From NCBI GenBank assembly GCA_049511335.1, contig JBEKYD010000001.1, forward strand, positions 28,097 through 92,096: a stretch of DNA of 64,000 nucleotides, read 5' to 3'. Positions 62,578 through 64,000 of this stretch are shown here, piece by piece (the first letter of the stretch is position 1; every line of letters starts with the position of its first letter). Under the pieces are notes generated by a model that was given only the letters and a program-made list of their open reading frames with translations, did not search any database and was not told where the DNA came from. Origin of the DNA: Bryobacteraceae bacterium. GTDB taxonomy: Bacteria > Acidobacteriota > Terriglobia > Bryobacterales > Bryobacteraceae. The position numbers and the translations under genes are program-made.

Positions 62578-63837
62578 TCATCCGCGAATTTCCGCGAAAT
62601 CGACCGAGCCGCGACCGTCAGGAAGCGGTGGCTGGAGTCCGTCAGTCACGTCGCGCCCCGCCGCGTCGCCGTACAGCGTGGCCGAGTAGCGCCGTTCCAC
62701 TTGGAAGCCCATGGCGATGGTGACCAGGGCAAGCCCCACCGACGTCGCCGGTAGGAATGCTCCGAAGCGAAGCACCAGCAGCCATATCCCCAGCACCGCG
62801 GCGTTCGAAATCAAAACCGCCTTGCGGCGGGGAGACTTGGATGCGAATGCCAGGATCATGAGCGAGTACGGAATCGCCACCACGGCGTCGACGATGTAAT
62901 GCTCCCCCGTGCTGAATACCGAAACCACGGTTGCAGCCAAAAATATACCGGTCAGTATCCGCAACCATTTCCAGGGACGGGCAAGATAAAAGAGCAGCAG
63001 AGCGGTGGCGACGTGCAGCGACGGCATGGCATTGGGAATACCGGATATCAGTGCCGGAGCCAGTGCCACGTGGCCGGGTAACTGGGGAAAGGACGGGAAC
63101 GCGTACTTGGGTCCGGCGGCCGGATATAGAAAATAGAGGGCGAAACCGATCACCGGATTCGAGATCGTCAGTTTCAAGATGTCTACCTTGTTGTTCTTGA
63201 TGCCGGCATGCGCGGCAAACAGTAATGCCATCCAAAAACCCAGACTGTTATACACCGTGGTCATTACGCTGCCGAGTAACTGGCTCTTCAATGCGATTTG
63301 GCTGATCGCAAAATTGAAATGTGGGCCCAAGGCGCCATCGAAAGCGTACAAGAAATTATCCAGCTTGAACCGGCACACAAGCTTGATAAGCGATACGTAG
63401 AACCCCAGCACGATACCGATGTAAGAGAACAAAAGCACGCCGCTCAGGGAGAGCCGGTAGACTGAATCCTTCGGCCCCTTGAACGCGCGGTACGCCAGCG
63501 GAGGAATGCAAAAGAACGGAAGATAGACGCCGATGCCGATAATGGAACACCCTGGATAAGGGTGCTCGGCAACCGCAAACCAGTGAATCGCGCGTACCAG
63601 AGCCGCGGCGGCAACAATGAGTAACGATTCCTTTCGGGGCGGGCGCGTCCATAGATAGACGACGAAAACGCCCCACATCCCGAATCCGTTGAGAGAATCG
63701 TCCGTCCAAGAATGGTCGGCCCCGGAATGCACAAAGAGCGCGACCGCCACGGGAGCTGCCACGACACTCAGCGCGACCGCCGTCAGGACGATTCTTAGCG
63801 CCTTGCGATTAGGGAAGCCAGGAGCTGTTACTCCCAT
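62578..63837 (-). CDS. polytopic PAP2-superfamily membrane protein (Aur1/PAP2_C-like)
   Basis: 419 aa with about 10 TM helices. PAP2 C2/C3-like motifs AMPSLHVATAL and STGEHYIVDAVVA. The last ~15 codons are encoded by a REP arm. Confidence 0.75.
   Translation of the reverse strand: MGVTAPGFPNRKALRIVLTAVALSVVAAPVAVALFVHSGADHSWTDDSLNGFGMWGVFVVYLWTRPPRKESLLIVAAAALVRAIHWFAVAEHPYPGCSIIGIGVYLPFFCIPPLAYRAFKGPKDSVYRLSLSGVLLFSYIGIVLGFYVSLIKLVCRFKLDNFLYAFDGALGPHFNFAISQIALKSQLLGSVMTTVYNSLGFWMALLFAAHAGIKNNKVDILKLTISNPVIGFALYFLYPAAGPKYAFPSFPQLPGHVALAPALISGIPNAMPSLHVATALLLFYLARPWKWLRILTGIFLAATVVSVFSTGEHYIVDAVVAIPYSLMILAFASKSPRRKAVLISNAAVLGIWLLVLRFGAFLPATSVGLALVTIAMGFQVERRYSATLYGDAAGRDVTDGLQPPLPDGRGSVDFAEIRG
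62604..62630. repeat. REP family 1, single arm (CCGAGCCGCGACCGTCAGGAAGCGGTG)
   Basis: Matches the right arm of the full hairpins with 3 mismatches. Lies between hslU and the convergent PAP2-like gene, and inside the latter's 3' end. Confidence 0.7.
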
Positions 63838-64000
63838 TCATGGCGTATTCTAGTGCACTAAGCCAACGGGTTCAATATTGACGTTCGCTATCCTCCCGCC
63901 ATTCACCGGTGGCACACGCCACGTGGGGCAGACCATCGTTTTTTTGTGGTCTGCCAGCCAGGGTTTTTTTGATATCCTCTGAATCCGCCGGCCGGCCGGG

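Overview
High-GC (about 60-65% by eye) bacterial chromosomal fragment. It is probably Acidobacteriota, inferred from two roughly 1190-aa TonB-dependent receptors with CarboxypepD_reg-type N-termini, GC-rich REP hairpins and many Tat-exported enzymes. All calls come from reading the ORF translations and DNA; no alignments or searches were run.

Gene content, left to right:
- An envelope glycosylation pair (GT-C transferase plus DMT transporter).
- DsbA-like and TPR proteins.
- A tightly overlapping minus-strand operon: SEC-C peptide?/Ogt/HGSNAT-like acyltransferase/GNAT/radical-SAM-SPASM-GT2 fusion.
- A four-gene operon around a FixG/CcoG-like 4Fe-4S membrane protein.
- A Tat-signal aminotransferase.
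- A decayed XPB-type helicase.
- A 1247-aa membrane-embedded patatin-like lipase coupled to a TM-anchored beta-propeller.
- A roughly 24-kb glycan/sugar-acid utilisation region (22.2-46.7 kb): GH3, lactonase, AKR, GntR, triheme cytochrome c7, FMN dehydrogenase, GH42, two TBDRs, an amidohydrolase, an NTF2-like protein, two enolase-superfamily dehydratases, an RraA-like aldolase and an LctP permease. Nearly every enzyme in it carries a Sec or Tat signal.
- A TMTC-like GT-C/TPR protein, an ABC-2 exporter, dinB, glgX, a large GT1, a FadN-like beta-oxidation enzyme, hslVU and a PAP2-like membrane protein.

No rRNA, tRNA, CRISPR array, transposase or integrase was recognised.

Non-coding structure: two palindromic repeat families, one MITE-like insertion with target-site duplication, two rho-independent terminators and several candidate operator palindromes.

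Best candidates for new biology:
- The split-dyad membrane patatin plus propeller pair.
- The apparently periplasmic (Tat-exported) sugar-acid pathway, with its FMN dehydrogenase/cytochrome c7 module.
- The radical-SAM/SPASM-glycosyltransferase fusion.
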